Shown: positions 11,366 through 23,439 of the stretch, piece by piece
Layout of the letters: each line of letters opens with the position of its first letter
Numbering within the stretch: position 1 is the stretch's first letter
Origin: an uncultured Methanosarcinaceae archaeon
Lineage (GTDB): Archaea; Halobacteriota; Methanosarcinia; Methanosarcinales; Methanosarcinaceae
DNA length: 64,000 nt
Assembly: GCA_963833425.1 (NCBI GenBank)
Contig: CAWHXP010000003.1
Coordinates: forward strand, 224,001-288,000
Direction of reading: 5' to 3'
Position numbers and translations under genes: made by a program
Notes under the pieces: model-generated
Told to the model about the DNA's origin: nothing
The model's input: only the letters and a program-made list of their open reading frames with translations
Databases searched by the model: none

Positions 11366-12312
11366 CAGCGGAAATAGTAAAAAATATAGCTGCTAATAAT
11401 AACCACATAAATTTGATAGAAACTGTGGGTAATAAATTTAAAAAATCTGGGGCATTAAATACTGCATATCAGACCATCGATCTGGAACCGTATGATTATG
11501 TGTTATCAGTTGATGGTGATACAGTCATAGCTTCAGATCTGGTTGAGCAAGCATTAATAGAATTTCAGCTAGATCCTCTACTTGGTGCGGTATGCTCCCG
11601 TGCCGGTGTAGTCAAACAGGTGACTCGCGGATTTTTTGAAAAGCTAATATATCACTGGCAGTATGTAGAATACGCGGAATTCGATCGAAGTCGAATTGGA
11701 CAGGGTACAAGCATTAAAGTCGCGCACGGTATGTGTACAGTTTACAAGATCGAAGCAATAAAAGCAGTTATGGCAAGACGTAAAAATGCTGGAAAACCGG
11801 ATTGCACTGTATACGATGTGCATAATATCACCGAAGACTACGAGCTGACGGTAACTCTGAAAGAACTAGGTTACCATATTGCTGCAGGTTTTGGGATGTA
11901 TGCCTGGACAGATGTTCCATTAAAGCTAGCAGATTTGTGGAAACAGCGGGTTCGTTGGCTTCGTGGTGGAATTGACACCTTATGGGAACATGGCTGGAAT
12001 AGAAGCACCAGAAAAGACATCCTGAACACCGTATTATTCTGGATTATGTTGTCGATTCAGGGCATTTTGCTAGATTATACTTTGGATGACATTATAACTG
12101 GCGCCTATCATTTAAATACGATGTTCATTCTTGTAATGTGTGTAATGTACGTCGACTGCATCTATACACTGCGATATGTACAAAATCCTAAAAAATGGGA
12201 CTATATAGTAAGATTGACATTTATCCCGCAATTACTGTATGCATGGTTTACTATTGCCCAGCTAGTCTATGCATACTATCTCTTCCTCTTCAACCCGAAT
12301 CAGGAATGGTAA
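11233..12312 (+). CDS. Processive family 2 glycosyltransferase (PgaC/IcaA/hyaluronan-synthase-like)
   Basis: VPAHNEA, DNSTD, KSGALN, DGD, TED and QRVRW (QxxRW) motifs; C-terminal hydrophobic helices. Confidence 0.9.
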   Translation: MTTNVIAFVPAHNEAKVIRSTIESLLSQTHKVDVVVINDNSTDDTAEIVKNIAANNNHINLIETVGNKFKKSGALNTAYQTIDLEPYDYVLSVDGDTVIASDLVEQALIEFQLDPLLGAVCSRAGVVKQVTRGFFEKLIYHWQYVEYAEFDRSRIGQGTSIKVAHGMCTVYKIEAIKAVMARRKNAGKPDCTVYDVHNITEDYELTVTLKELGYHIAAGFGMYAWTDVPLKLADLWKQRVRWLRGGIDTLWEHGWNRSTRKDILNTVLFWIMLSIQGILLDYTLDDIITGAYHLNTMFILVMCVMYVDCIYTLRYVQNPKKWDYIVRLTFIPQLLYAWFTIAQLVYAYYLFLFNPNQEW

Positions 12313-13154
12313 CATGTTGTTAATGCAATACCTACAAACGATTGTCACAATAATAGTTTCGGGAGGCATCACCGTGAAACTATCGAAGGACATATACAAA
12401 ACAAGAGAAAAACAAAAAACTCGAAAGGGATTATTAAAATTAAACTGGACAATCCCTAGTATCGCAAATGTAATCGAAAATAAATTCCTCAGATAATAAC
12501 ATACCTTAAAGAATGGGTGCATGAAAACAAATTCATCACCGAAATAATCTCTTAGAGTAGGAAGATTTCATACTGATTTGTCATTATTCCAAATCCAAAA
12601 ACGTGCAAATAGTCTTTATTATCTTCTGCGCGACGACATTTAATTTCGATTGATGAAATACTATCGGTATATCACAGTCTACATAAAATGCCAAAATATA
12701 TAGTTCACACAGTCTAAATTGAATCGTGATGTTGACAATTTTTATAATTTTCAAGGCAGATTCCGTGAAAAGTTGAGAAAATCTTATCCATCAATCTCAT
12801 CAGGGGTTATCATATAAAATATTATTAAGTTAAGATACACTGATTTCATAACCAATCAGTCTTTCAATTGGAATCTTTTTAAAGTAATTAATAATGTAAA
12901 AGTGAATTCAGTGAACCAAAGACAATTAATGAACATTGATTTTAGGCAAAAAGGCAAAGGTCCTTACCTTTTTGCAACAAAATCAGTGGTCTCCGCGCAA
13001 GAAAATAGCTTAACAGATGACCAATGAGTTATCAGCTTTTCATCCTATAGTCAGTAAACTTCTTATCCCAGCAATGCAACTGTGAAAACACGACCTAAAT
13101 TTTATATAAGAAATAATGCCTCGCAAAAAGATTGAAGCGCAATTTGAAGCTCTG

Positions 13155-14318
13155 TCAACCTTCAAATACATCCTTTACTTTCTCAAAAAGGCCCTTTGTT
13201 TTTTTTTGTTTCTCTTTGGATTTGTCATTTGGGTCTCTTTCACTTCCATCGGACTTTTTACCCTCGCTCAGGTATTCAAACTGACGGAGAAGTTCTTTTT
13301 GTTCATAAGTAAGTCTGGTGGGAGTTTTGATTATAACTCTGACGAGCTGATCACCTCTTCCATGCCCGTGCAGATGCTGTATTCCCTTGTCTTTGAGCCT
13401 GAAAACAGCATGAGTTTGAGTTCCTGGAGGGATATTCATTTTAACCTTTCCATAAATGGTATCGACCATAACTTCCCCTCCGAGAGCAACCTGGGGGAAG
13501 GAGATTGGAAGTTCGGAAATTACATCATAATCGACCCGTTTGAAATACCTGTGTTCCATTAAATGCATGACAACATAAAGATCTCCAGCTGGTGCACCTG
13601 GTTCTCCTGAATCACCTTCCCCACTAAGCCTAAGGACCATTCCTGAATCTGCTCCTGCAGGTACGTTTACTGTTATTTTTCTCTTATTTCGAACTCTACC
13701 TGCTCCATTGCAAACGGAACACGGAGATTCAATAATCTGTCCCCTTCCACGACATGTACTACATGTAGTGGTGCTTACAAACTGCATACCTAAGCCGGAA
13801 CGAGTAGTGCGAACCTGACCTGTACCACCACATGTGGAACATCGTTTTGGGCTTGTTCCTGCTCTAGCTCCAGTCCCATGACAAGTGGAACATCTTTCAG
13901 TCCTTTGGATATCAATATCCTTGTGGGCCCCAAAAGCAGCCTCTTCAAAAGTAATATAAAGATCATACTGGAGATCAGATCCTTTCCTTGGCCCCATAGG
14001 ACCTCTTCTGCTTCCTCCAAAAAACATTTCGAAGATATCCCCAAATCCACTAAAGTCAGCGCCACGGAATATATCCTCTGCACTGTATTGCCCATCTATC
14101 CCAGCATGCCCAAAACGATCGTACTGAGCTCGTTTCTCAGGGTCTGAAAGAACTGCATAAGCCTCGGATATTTCTTTAAACTTTTCTTCAGCCCTAGCTT
14201 CCTTGTTCCTGTCAGGATGATATTTCAGTGCAAGTTTCCGATAAGTTTTCTTTATATTCTCAGCTGAGGCGTCTTTAGGCAATCCGAGAATTTCATAGTA
14301 ATCACGTGTCGTAGCCAT
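13155..14318 (-). CDS. dnaJ: Chaperone DnaJ
   Basis: J-domain HPD, G/F region, four CxxCxGxG repeats. Confidence 0.98.
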   Translation of the reverse strand: MATTRDYYEILGLPKDASAENIKKTYRKLALKYHPDRNKEARAEEKFKEISEAYAVLSDPEKRAQYDRFGHAGIDGQYSAEDIFRGADFSGFGDIFEMFFGGSRRGPMGPRKGSDLQYDLYITFEEAAFGAHKDIDIQRTERCSTCHGTGARAGTSPKRCSTCGGTGQVRTTRSGLGMQFVSTTTCSTCRGRGQIIESPCSVCNGAGRVRNKRKITVNVPAGADSGMVLRLSGEGDSGEPGAPAGDLYVVMHLMEHRYFKRVDYDVISELPISFPQVALGGEVMVDTIYGKVKMNIPPGTQTHAVFRLKDKGIQHLHGHGRGDQLVRVIIKTPTRLTYEQKELLRQFEYLSEGKKSDGSERDPNDKSKEKQKKTKGLFEKVKDVFEG

Positions 14319-14427
14319 CAGGATTCCCTGTAATTTTTTAAAATTAAGAATTTAAAATATGCAAACAAAATTCAGCCAGGCCTGTGAATCTCCAGGCCGG
14401 CCACAATCAAGGTTAATTCTTCTCTTT

Positions 14428-16281
14428 TTATTTTCGCTTTTCGTCGTCAACTACCTCATAATCGGCATCAACAACTGTATCATCAGAATTTTTTGCATCG
14501 GCGCTTTTTTCTCCGCCTGCAGCTTGTTGAGCCTGTTCCTGGGCTTTCTGATAAAGCGCCGTGGAAATTGGGTACACAGCTTCTTGAAGAGCCTCAGTTT
14601 TTGCCTTAATAGCTTCGATGTCCTTGCCTTCAATAGCTTGTTTAAGATCTTCTATTGCAGCAGTTGCCTTTGACTTCTGGTCTTCGGTAGCTACATCATT
14701 AGCATCTTTCAAAGTCTTTTCCGAAGCATTGACTAGGGCTTCAGCATTGTTTCTAGCCTCAACTTCTTCCTTACGCTTTCTGTCTTCATCAGCATGTAAT
14801 TCCGCATCTTTGATCATACGCTCGATTTCAGCATTAGTGAGCCCGCCTGGCTTTTGGATAGAAATAGACTGCTCCTTGCCGGTCCCCAGATCTTTTGCAT
14901 TCACATGCAGGATTCCATTTGCATCGATATCAAAAGTGACTTCAATCTGAGGGATGCCTCTTGGAGCAGGAGGAATGCCACTTAGGGTGAAGCGTCCTAG
15001 GGTCTTGTTCTCAGAAGCGATTCCCCTTTCTCCCTGAAGAATATGGATTTCTACTGAGGGCTGGTTATCAGCTGCAGTTGAGAATACCTGGCTTTTCTTG
15101 GTGGGAATTGTTGTATTCCTTTGGATCAAAGGAGTAGCTATACCTCCAAGAGTCTCAATTCCTAAAGAAAGGGGAGTTACGTCAAGAAGCAAGATATCTT
15201 TAACTTCGCCACCTAGCACACCAGCCTGAATCGCTGCTCCTATTGCAACAGCTTCATCAGGGTTGATATTCTTGTAGGGTTTTTTGCCTGTAAAGTTCTC
15301 CACAAGCTCGACTACAGCAGGCATCCTTGTTGCACCTCCAACCAAAATCACTTTGTCAAGGTCATTTGGAGTTAGTTTTGAGTCGCTAAGAGCCTGGCGC
15401 ATCGACACTAGAGTTTTCTCGAGGAGATCTTCTGTCATTTTCTGGAACTGAGCTCTGGTTAGATCGACATCAAGGTGCTTAGGATCCCCATCCGGCCCAA
15501 CTGTAAGGAAGGGAAGATTGATATTGGTACTTGCAACTCCAGATAGTTCGATCTTGGCTTTTTCTGCGGCATCCGTCAAGCGCTGGAGAACAGACTTATC
15601 CTTTGAAAGGTCAATTCCTTCCGTTTTCTTGAATTCAGCAAGTAGGTAAGTTACAATGCGCTGGTCAAAGTCGTCTCCTCCAAGGTGTGTATCGCCGCTT
15701 GTAGACTTTACCTCGAAAACTCCTCCTCCGAGTTCAAGAATGGATACATCAAAAGTTCCGCCTCCTAGATCATAAACAAAAATAGTTTGTTCAATATCTC
15801 CCTTGTCGAGGCCATATGCGAGGGATGCGGAAGTTGGCTCGTTGATAATTCTCAGAACTTCAAGCCCCGCGATTTCTCCTGCATCCTTTGTAGCTTGTCT
15901 TTGTGAATCATTGAAATATGCAGGAACCGTGATAACAGCCTGCTTGATCTTCTCTCCGAGATAAGCTTCAGCATCTGATTTAAGCTTCTGGAGTATCATT
16001 GCTGAGATTTCCTGAGGCTTATATTGTTTTCCCTGTAAGGTTACCTTGTAATTAGGGTCTCCCATATGCCTTTTAATGGAATAGACAGTGTTTTCGGGAT
16101 TTGAAACAGCCTGCCTCTTTGCAACCTGACCTACGAGTTTCTCCCCTTTCTTAGAAAATCCTACAACGGAAGGAGTCGTCCTGCCGCCTTCAGCATTCGG
16201 GATCACAACAGCTTCCCCGCCTTCCATTATTGCCATGCATGAGTTAGTAGTACCAAGGTCAATGCCCAATATCTTTGCCAT
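14428..16281 (-). CDS. dnaK: Chaperone DnaK (Hsp70)
   Basis: [27 protein letters not shown]. Confidence 0.99.
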   Translation of the reverse strand: MAKILGIDLGTTNSCMAIMEGGEAVVIPNAEGGRTTPSVVGFSKKGEKLVGQVAKRQAVSNPENTVYSIKRHMGDPNYKVTLQGKQYKPQEISAMILQKLKSDAEAYLGEKIKQAVITVPAYFNDSQRQATKDAGEIAGLEVLRIINEPTSASLAYGLDKGDIEQTIFVYDLGGGTFDVSILELGGGVFEVKSTSGDTHLGGDDFDQRIVTYLLAEFKKTEGIDLSKDKSVLQRLTDAAEKAKIELSGVASTNINLPFLTVGPDGDPKHLDVDLTRAQFQKMTEDLLEKTLVSMRQALSDSKLTPNDLDKVILVGGATRMPAVVELVENFTGKKPYKNINPDEAVAIGAAIQAGVLGGEVKDILLLDVTPLSLGIETLGGIATPLIQRNTTIPTKKSQVFSTAADNQPSVEIHILQGERGIASENKTLGRFTLSGIPPAPRGIPQIEVTFDIDANGILHVNAKDLGTGKEQSISIQKPGGLTNAEIERMIKDAELHADEDRKRKEEVEARNNAEALVNASEKTLKDANDVATEDQKSKATAAIEDLKQAIEGKDIEAIKAKTEALQEAVYPISTALYQKAQEQAQQAAGGEKSADAKNSDDTVVDADYEVVDDEKRK

Positions 16282-16339
16282 GCCATTCTCCTCAAACTAA
16301 TGTTAGATCAATTATTTAGATAGCTACTAAGCTAAGTTT

Positions 16340-16457
16340 AAGTCAAATTACTTAATTAAGTAGGAGCTAAATTAGCTAAATTTAAATTATTTTCTTAATT
16401 CATTAAACCAAATTACTCAATTAACCAAATAATTCAATTAAGCAAAATTATTTAGTT
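16340..16457. promoter_or_regulatory. Repeats and palindrome upstream of dnaK
   Basis: 17-bp period AACCAAATTACTCAATT / AACCAAATAATTCAATT / AAGCAAAATTATTTAGT at 16406, 16423 and 16440; palindrome ACTTAATTAAGT at 16350. Confidence 0.4.
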
Positions 16458-16746
16458 GAATTAAATATATAATCATACTCAGTGAATATTTTTGCAATCC
16501 CAGTTTAGATATTTTTAAATAAGTTATTTTATTACCTTCCATGTTCGGAAAGATTTATTATTATTGCTCAAAACCCTTCGACTTTAATGAACCAAATGCC
16601 CAATATCAAATAAGAACTCTTCAAATTTATGTCTGAGTTCCAGTATAAAAATTAACACCTGCCTTTTGTATGAAACAGTTACATAAACAAAACCATTTAT
16701 AAGCCGAAGAAATCTCCATTGAAAGACTAATTCTTTCCTGATCATT

Positions 16747-17379
16747 TTATTTTTTGGACTCATCCGGCTCTTTTGCTACTGAAACCATTGTAGGTCTGAT
16801 AACTTTTGAATCGAGAGCATATCCGTGTCTATGAATTTCTACTACAGTGTTGCATGGTACTTCAGAGGTCTCTACATGTTGAATTGCCTCATGCTTGTGA
16901 GGGTCAAACTCACTGCTTTTTTCGCATTCAATTCTCTCAAGCCCGTATTTTCCAAGAATTGTTACAAACTGCTTTGAAAGCTGTTCTATTCCATTGATAA
17001 TCGAGTTTATATCTGCAGCAGTCTTTGCAGATTCTAAAGCGCGATCGAAATTGTCTTTGATTTCAACAAAATCAAGAAGCAACCGCTCAATTACAGATTT
17101 TCGATTTTCCTCCATTTGGCGAGAGGTCCGTTTTCTGAAATTGTCAAAATCTGCTGCAAGCCGAAAAAGCTGGTCTTTGAGAATTTCATTTTCTTCCCGG
17201 CAAGCAGCCTCATTACTCTTTTCAATCCCTGAATCAATAGAAGTCCGTTCGATATTTTCCTTTAGCTCATTAGTCTTTGCTGTCGAATAACCAGAATTAC
17301 AGAATCCTGAACTTTCAGCTCCAATCTGGGTATCTTCTGTAGGATCAGCTTTTTCTTCCTTATCCATTACATTCATCAA
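16747..17379 (-). CDS. grpE: Nucleotide exchange factor GrpE
   Basis: RLAADFDNFRKR, FDPHKHEA, GY..VIRPTMVSV; upstream of dnaK. Confidence 0.97.
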   Translation of the reverse strand: MMNVMDKEEKADPTEDTQIGAESSGFCNSGYSTAKTNELKENIERTSIDSGIEKSNEAACREENEILKDQLFRLAADFDNFRKRTSRQMEENRKSVIERLLLDFVEIKDNFDRALESAKTAADINSIINGIEQLSKQFVTILGKYGLERIECEKSSEFDPHKHEAIQHVETSEVPCNTVVEIHRHGYALDSKVIRPTMVSVAKEPDESKK

Positions 17380-17506
17380 TCGATCCCCATTCTGTTAATT
17401 TTAACGGTTACGCTCTTACTGAAATGTGATTGTTTGTAGTTCTATAAATAAATTTCTGCTGCTAAGAATGTATACGATTTCAAAAAAATGGAGATCAGAA
17501 AAATCA

Positions 17507-17959
17507 TTAAAATTTTTTTTGAAGTTTATATGAAAGTACTTTAAGCATAATGATGCTCGTAATCATAGAAACTGCGACTGCAGAAATTACCTGATTCCAC
17601 CCAATGATAGAGATCCCTCCTCCTAAAGTAAACTGCAAGCCGCCCACAAATAATACAACCACAAAGCAAAGAACAAAACCTGCTAGGGCTCCTAAGATAA
17701 TAGAACTAAGAGTACTCAAGCTATGCTTTTCAAAAAAAACCATTCCCGCAATAAACACCACTGAAAAGATCAAAAGTACGATTGCCGGAGGCAATGGACT
17801 TGCTTTATTAAGAAAAATAGCAAAGAGCCCTAGACCCATGTCAACAAGGAATATACCCATGAGAACCGCGACAGAAAGGGTTTTCACGAAAGGGTTTTCA
17901 AATATGGACTGAAAATTGAAATTTCTGCTGTTTATAGTACCAGCCGCCTGTATATACAA
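17507..17959 (-). CDS. Small multi-pass membrane protein upstream of grpE
   Basis: About four hydrophobic segments; position matches the small ORF that precedes grpE in Methanosarcina. Confidence 0.75.
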   Translation of the reverse strand: MYIQAAGTINSRNFNFQSIFENPFVKTLSVAVLMGIFLVDMGLGLFAIFLNKASPLPPAIVLLIFSVVFIAGMVFFEKHSLSTLSSIILGALAGFVLCFVVVLFVGGLQFTLGGGISIIGWNQVISAVAVSMITSIIMLKVLSYKLQKKF

Positions 17960-18097
17960 TATATAACTTAATACTATAACTATATAAAATTATATAAACC
18001 TTCACTAATTCAGTTAATTAAGTTCTGCTTCCTCCACTTCACACCCTAATCTCACAGGGAAAAAGTAATATATAAAGAGTAGATTTTTTCCTTCTCA

Positions 18098-19072
18098 ATG
18101 GATATCCTTATTGCAGAATTCGCTGTCGGCACGAATGTTAAAAAATCACTGATCCCCGAGGGTTTATCTATGCTAAAAACCCTCTCCGAAAGCTTTTCAA
18201 GTGTGGGGCATGAGGTGTATTATCCTTCAGCAGGTATAAGAACAGGTGCAGGCACAATTATTAGATCCACGGCAGAAAACTTCAAGCAGATAATTGATAA
18301 AAAAGCCAAGGATTGTGATGCTGGATTGATTATTGCTCCTGACCATATGCTTCCAGAACTTAACAAAATTCTCGAAGAAAGCACTGTAAATCTTGGATGC
18401 TCACCTAAATCGACAAGTTATTGTGCAGACAAAATCGTTTGCACAAAAATTCTGAAAAAAGCCGGGATTAAGACTCCTAAGATCACGAAAAAAGCTGAAG
18501 GAGGGAAAAAATATGTTACAAAACCTCGATTTGGCTGCGGAGCAGAGGCAACTGATCTTGTCACAAATTTTGAGTATAGCGAAGAGTTCATTGCGACCGA
18601 ATATATTGAAGGACAGCATCTTAGCGTCAGCCTTATAGCAGGCAAAAAGCATCTCCCACTAACGGTAAATCTCCAATTAATAGAGTTTGGCCAGAAAAAA
18701 AACGAAACAAGCGAAGAGCGAGAAAAAAAAGACGTTTTCTCCATAAAATACAACGGAATCCGGACTCCATATAAAACTCCCAGAATAGAAGAACTTAATG
18801 AAACTGCAATCAGCACAGTGGAAAGTTTGGATTGTTTTGGGTATGTGGGCGTAGACATAGTACTTGCTGACCTCCCATATGTAGTAGATGTAAACCCCAG
18901 ACTTACGGCCTCAATTATTGGAATCAACCACATTATGCGAGAGAGAATCGGAGATCTCCTTTTGGAAAACAAATTTGGAGAACTTCCTAATTCTGTGAAT
19001 ATCGAGGGAGACTATTGCTTTTCAAATGACGATTTAATAGGGTTAATATATCAAAGCCATAATTTACCGTGA
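18098..19072 (+). CDS. mfnD: ATP-grasp ligase, tyramine--L-glutamate ligase (MfnD)-like
   Basis: EG.SML..L, IIAPD, NLG, DK, KP..GCG, GYVGVD and VNPRLT ATP-grasp motifs. Confidence 0.75.
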   Translation: MDILIAEFAVGTNVKKSLIPEGLSMLKTLSESFSSVGHEVYYPSAGIRTGAGTIIRSTAENFKQIIDKKAKDCDAGLIIAPDHMLPELNKILEESTVNLGCSPKSTSYCADKIVCTKILKKAGIKTPKITKKAEGGKKYVTKPRFGCGAEATDLVTNFEYSEEFIATEYIEGQHLSVSLIAGKKHLPLTVNLQLIEFGQKKNETSEEREKKDVFSIKYNGIRTPYKTPRIEELNETAISTVESLDCFGYVGVDIVLADLPYVVDVNPRLTASIIGINHIMRERIGDLLLENKFGELPNSVNIEGDYCFSNDDLIGLIYQSHNLP

Positions 19073-20036
19073 CTCAGTCAAGAGGAACTAACGTAAATGA
19101 AAGTATCAGTTCAAAAAATACTTTTCTGGGAACCAATTTGGTAGACATGTTATTATCTGTTGATCTCTTTAGATGAATTGTAGTCTCCGAATTGGGTAAT
19201 AATAGAATAGCTTCGATACAAAAAATATTAAAAAATCTCGAATTTGGAGATCCGCCAAAAAGGAACCAAAAACCTTACACATGATTGCTGGAAAGTGGTT
19301 CGAAAAAAACTAACTATGCGAGGAGATCCAAAGACTCCTTAAAATTGAGCAAGAGTTAAATAAATATTTACATTATTTAATCCCATCGGACTATGCAATT
19401 ATAGGATGAGATCAGGTAATGACGACATATCAATAATAGTTCATAACAAGACGACTAAGTCCACTTTTCTTGGATATACATAAGAATCTCATCTATTTTC
19501 TCAATATGGTAGCAACTCAAAAATCAATTTGACTTTTAATTAATAATAATAAACAAAAAGGCAAACAAATTCTACGCAGTACACATCCGTACAATTCCAG
19601 ATTAAATGCTTAATTCTGCCTTTACCCAAGTAAACTATATATGTTGTATTATTTTAAACATAAATCACATCGAATTTCCCAAAAAAGTAAACTCTAAGCA
19701 AGTCAAAATCATCTAGAATATATTAGTATTAGTATTAGTATTAATAATGAGTAACAACACAATTGAGAAGTGGTCTAACCACACCATATCTTAAGCTTTT
19801 TTATTCAAACCCATACCACATCCATGTTAGGGACAAGAAATACCATCTTCACAATGATACCAAAAACAAAATCACTTTGCAAAGAAGCGATGATTTAGAG
19901 AATTAAACGAAAATAAAAAGATGCTAAAGTTCACTTCGTCCCCCACATAAAATATAAGGTATTCGTGATCTTAGCACTCCAAAATAATGAAAAAAGAAAG
20001 ATTAAAATTTGGGAAAAATTATGGGATATTTCTCAT

Positions 20037-20630
20037 CTAAGTTCGGTTGCCATATGATTTATATTTACTTTCTTTTAGGGACTCAAGAGCTTTTTTAACC
20101 ATTGAACGGTAAGAATCAGTGTCTGTAAAGTAGTGTTCTTTTGCGAGTTTTGAGTTTGGATCTACTTCTGCCTCAACTGCCCTTATTCTCTCAAGAGTCT
20201 GCTTCGCAGTATCCAGTACCCATAAGTCGCGAGTAAGCTCATCTACCTGCTGGATGGATTCGGGGCGGATGGATGTAAGGACATTTCCGTCATCTGTAGT
20301 ATATGTACTGGTTTTTCCCACAACTGCCACAAAAGAAGGCAGTTCGCTGTCAGCGAGAAATTGAGATGCTTCGGGCTGGTACTGTCCAGCATAGACCAGA
20401 AAAGAGCCTGTGGGGTCTGAGACCCTCCCCCTCCAGTATTCAGAATCAGTTCCAATATCTTCTTTTTCGATAAGTGTGCCGACAAGGAAGATGCGATTTA
20501 CTTTAGCTCCTGTTGGAGTCAGAACGTACTGAGGAGCATATTGATCATTCTCGTCCCGAGAAGCTAAGTTCGAATCTTTCAGTTCTTGAGAAAAGACTCT
20601 GCGAGCTACTTCCCGGAAAAAGCTTGCCAT
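20037..20630 (-). CDS. RPA-associated OB-fold protein
   Basis: REVARRVF, LTPTGAKVNR, DPTG.F.VYAGQYQPE; adjacent to RPA. Confidence 0.88.
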   Translation of the reverse strand: MASFFREVARRVFSQELKDSNLASRDENDQYAPQYVLTPTGAKVNRIFLVGTLIEKEDIGTDSEYWRGRVSDPTGSFLVYAGQYQPEASQFLADSELPSFVAVVGKTSTYTTDDGNVLTSIRPESIQQVDELTRDLWVLDTAKQTLERIRAVEAEVDPNSKLAKEHYFTDTDSYRSMVKKALESLKESKYKSYGNRT

Positions 20631-20631
20631 T

Positions 20632-21885
20632 CTAATCTACCTCCAGTTCAGAAAGCATTTCCTCAATCAGCTCTCCATCCATAGAGGTCCTTGGAGTAAT
20701 CGAATTCGCAAGGATGTAACGATCAAACTTATGCCCGCTGACAGTATAGTATCTGCCTAACAACTCGTGCTTCAATTTTTCCAGCACAACTCCGGGATCG
20801 AGAGCATCTGCAGCCATTGCAATTGCGCTATCTAAAGAAAGCCCAACAAGTTCTTCGGTAAGTTCCCGATTAATTATGACATCCTGAGTTGAAGTTCCAG
20901 AATCCAGAACAGCTTTTATCCTGAGATCGTACTCTCCTTTAACTTTTCCATGCTCTGCACAGGCACCCTTTACAAGTGCCCTCTTGCACTCAGGACAACG
21001 TTTTATAAGACCGGAGCCTGTCTGAATATCAACCATTGCTCCAAAATAAGTGAGAATAGATGTACCGACTGTGATATCTTCGTCAAGCTCTTCTACGGAA
21101 CTTGATCTGCTAAGCTGAATCTGAGACTTACCACCCCATTCATTAACAAATACGTTTTTCAACACGTAATTTTTGCCTTCTTCCATATATGGAATTTCGG
21201 AACTAGTCCAATTAGTAAATTTGATAACACCGGTAGGATCTCCTAGAAGGCCTGCTTGCTCAATTGACTCATGGGAGTTCTCCCAGAGTTGAATTACTTT
21301 TCCTTTGACTGTAGCCCACTTACCCCCTACGAGATTGGAAATATTTCTAAGTTCGGATTCCCTTGCAATTGGTGTGAAATCACCGCCTATCACATCAATG
21401 ACTTCAACTAGCTTTTCTACTGAACTGTTTTTGTTAAGCTGGACCTGAAACCTGCCATTATACTCTCCAACGACAACGCTCCTGAATAGGTAACTCTCCC
21501 CCTGCTCAAGTTTAGACAATTCAGCATTTTTCCATTCAGTGAACTTTATAATTCCTGTTTCATCTCCCAGGAGCCCAACTTGAGATATGGAATCGTGAGT
21601 ATTTTCCCATAGCTGGATAACCTTTGCCTTAAGGTTCGCCCATTGCCCATTTTCGGAAATGTTTATGATCTTGGTAAGTTGGGGTTCAGCTTGCCTCACG
21701 TAAAACTCATTTTTTGGGATAGAATATTTTTTCAAAAAATAATTAGTCACGCTACGCTGAGCTTCATTGAATGGAACTTTAAAGTTCGTAACCAATTCTT
21801 TGAGTCTGCTTTCAATGTCCTCAATGGGCACATCGATGCCAAGCTTTAAAAATCGACCTCTAATTGATTCTGCACTTTGTCTCAT
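20632..21885 (-). CDS. rpa: Replication protein A (multi-OB ssDNA-binding protein with zinc finger)
   Basis: Repeated KVIQLWEN..GLLGD.TG.IKFT.W OB folds; CPEC..C..H zinc motif; ATG at 21885 has a GAGGT RBS. Confidence 0.92.
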   Translation of the reverse strand: MRQSAESIRGRFLKLGIDVPIEDIESRLKELVTNFKVPFNEAQRSVTNYFLKKYSIPKNEFYVRQAEPQLTKIINISENGQWANLKAKVIQLWENTHDSISQVGLLGDETGIIKFTEWKNAELSKLEQGESYLFRSVVVGEYNGRFQVQLNKNSSVEKLVEVIDVIGGDFTPIARESELRNISNLVGGKWATVKGKVIQLWENSHESIEQAGLLGDPTGVIKFTNWTSSEIPYMEEGKNYVLKNVFVNEWGGKSQIQLSRSSSVEELDEDITVGTSILTYFGAMVDIQTGSGLIKRCPECKRALVKGACAEHGKVKGEYDLRIKAVLDSGTSTQDVIINRELTEELVGLSLDSAIAMAADALDPGVVLEKLKHELLGRYYTVSGHKFDRYILANSITPRTSMDGELIEEMLSELEVD

Positions 21886-22828
21886 TGATTCTACCTCAAG
21901 CCTCTTGGTATTGATAATAATATAGAGAAGCGCGTTAAGGTGATACGACACGTGATTTAAGGATTTGGAAAGCGGAATGAAAGTATTTGATGTCTAGCAA
22001 CAACCAATTCATATAATTGCTTTTCATATTATTTACAAGTAAGCTAAAAGATTGATCTGTAAAATTAACTATTTTTCCAAGAGGCATCTACTTTTTTCCA
22101 GGCCTTTCACATTCTCTAACAAGATGTTATTGACTGTCAGCCTGAGTACAGCTTTAAAATTATTTCAAATTTATATTTTATTTTTTAGAACAGACATATG
22201 TTCTAAAGCTATACTTAAACGTATTTACGAAGACGGTATAGTAGGATTTGCTGGATTCAAAAATTACTGATCCTCTTCGTTTACAATTTTTCCTTAATAC
22301 TTTGCAAGAAAAAAACTTCAGTTGTACATCTTAAGTTAAGTCCATTTTTTGTCATCGCCTCTAGAAAATTCAATATTATAGAGTTACTGGACTAAAAATT
22401 ATGCACAACCTCTGCTAAACTATTTCGTGATTTTTTTTTGAGCACATTTTTTAGAATATATATCTATCTAGCGCAAGATTTCGAAAATCACATCCAAACT
22501 AATCAATGAATTGTCATCAAAGGCTCAAATATGAATTTGAATCCTGGATGTCAAATTGCCCTTCATAAAATTCTACTAAAGAGATGTATATTAATCCATT
22601 GTTTTAAATTTTGGAAGAATTAATTTTTACTGTGAGCACTGAAATAACAGAAAAGCAAAATCATCTTTCGTTCAGCAAAATTTATGCAATAAGATCACAG
22701 GAAGTTTTTACATCACTTAATTTCAACAAAATGCATATATATAGGACAAACACCCTAAATTGGAGTTCATCAAATTACTAGTTAATCCTGAAATATCAAA
22801 GCATATTATCCATCAAAAGGTGATTATC

Positions 22829-23173
22829 GTGGCAAGAATACTCTCAGAAACAGATATTGCTATTCTGAAAAAAGTTGCTCCGGAGTGTAAGGGGTATCTT
22901 TGTTCAGGATCAGGAATGAACTATCGTTCAATTCTCCCACCTCTGGCAAATCACTATTCAAAAAATGCAGCCGATTTCCTGGGGAGAATAAAGCTACTAT
23001 CGAAATCAGATCTTGAATATCTTGTAAGGCTCATTATATCAGACGAAGAAAGCCTAGGCTGTGTGCCAATTGAGTACATTGATCTCTTCATAGAAAATGT
23101 ATCTGAAAGACTGGGGGAAGAAATGGCTGCTCAAGTTAGAAACTCTTATAATAATTCAGAATGTCCAGATTAA
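22829..23173 (+). CDS. Hypothetical Cys-containing protein
   Basis: GGTGA RBS then GTG start; APEC...CSGSG..YRSILPP and ESLGCVP. Confidence 0.7.
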   Translation: MARILSETDIAILKKVAPECKGYLCSGSGMNYRSILPPLANHYSKNAADFLGRIKLLSKSDLEYLVRLIISDEESLGCVPIEYIDLFIENVSERLGEEMAAQVRNSYNNSECPD

Positions 23174-23439
23174 ATTTCTTTGATACAAATATCTCTTAAA
23201 TTTTTTTGATCGTTTTGGAAAAAAAGACCGCGAAATTTCATACAAATTCATTGACAGCACGATTCTGTTTGAAAATTTTGATCATTTATCAAAAGTTCTG
23301 TGAAATCTGATTTAATTCTATCGTTTATCTCCAATCACAAAAATATACTGAATCAATGTTTAATATCTTCTCAATCATAAAAAATTTTTTTCTGATCAAG
23401 AAAATGAAATTCGCCATCTAATTACTTGATTTTTAAATC

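Noticed and set aside
13116..14950. Long antisense ORFs over dnaJ/dnaK (and similar ones over mfnD, cooC, cofE, ilvD)
   Set aside because: Shadow frames of conserved genes with no recognisable motifs.
19721..19744. (TATTAG)n microsatellite
   Set aside because: Only about four units in AT-rich intergenic DNA, with no link to a gene.
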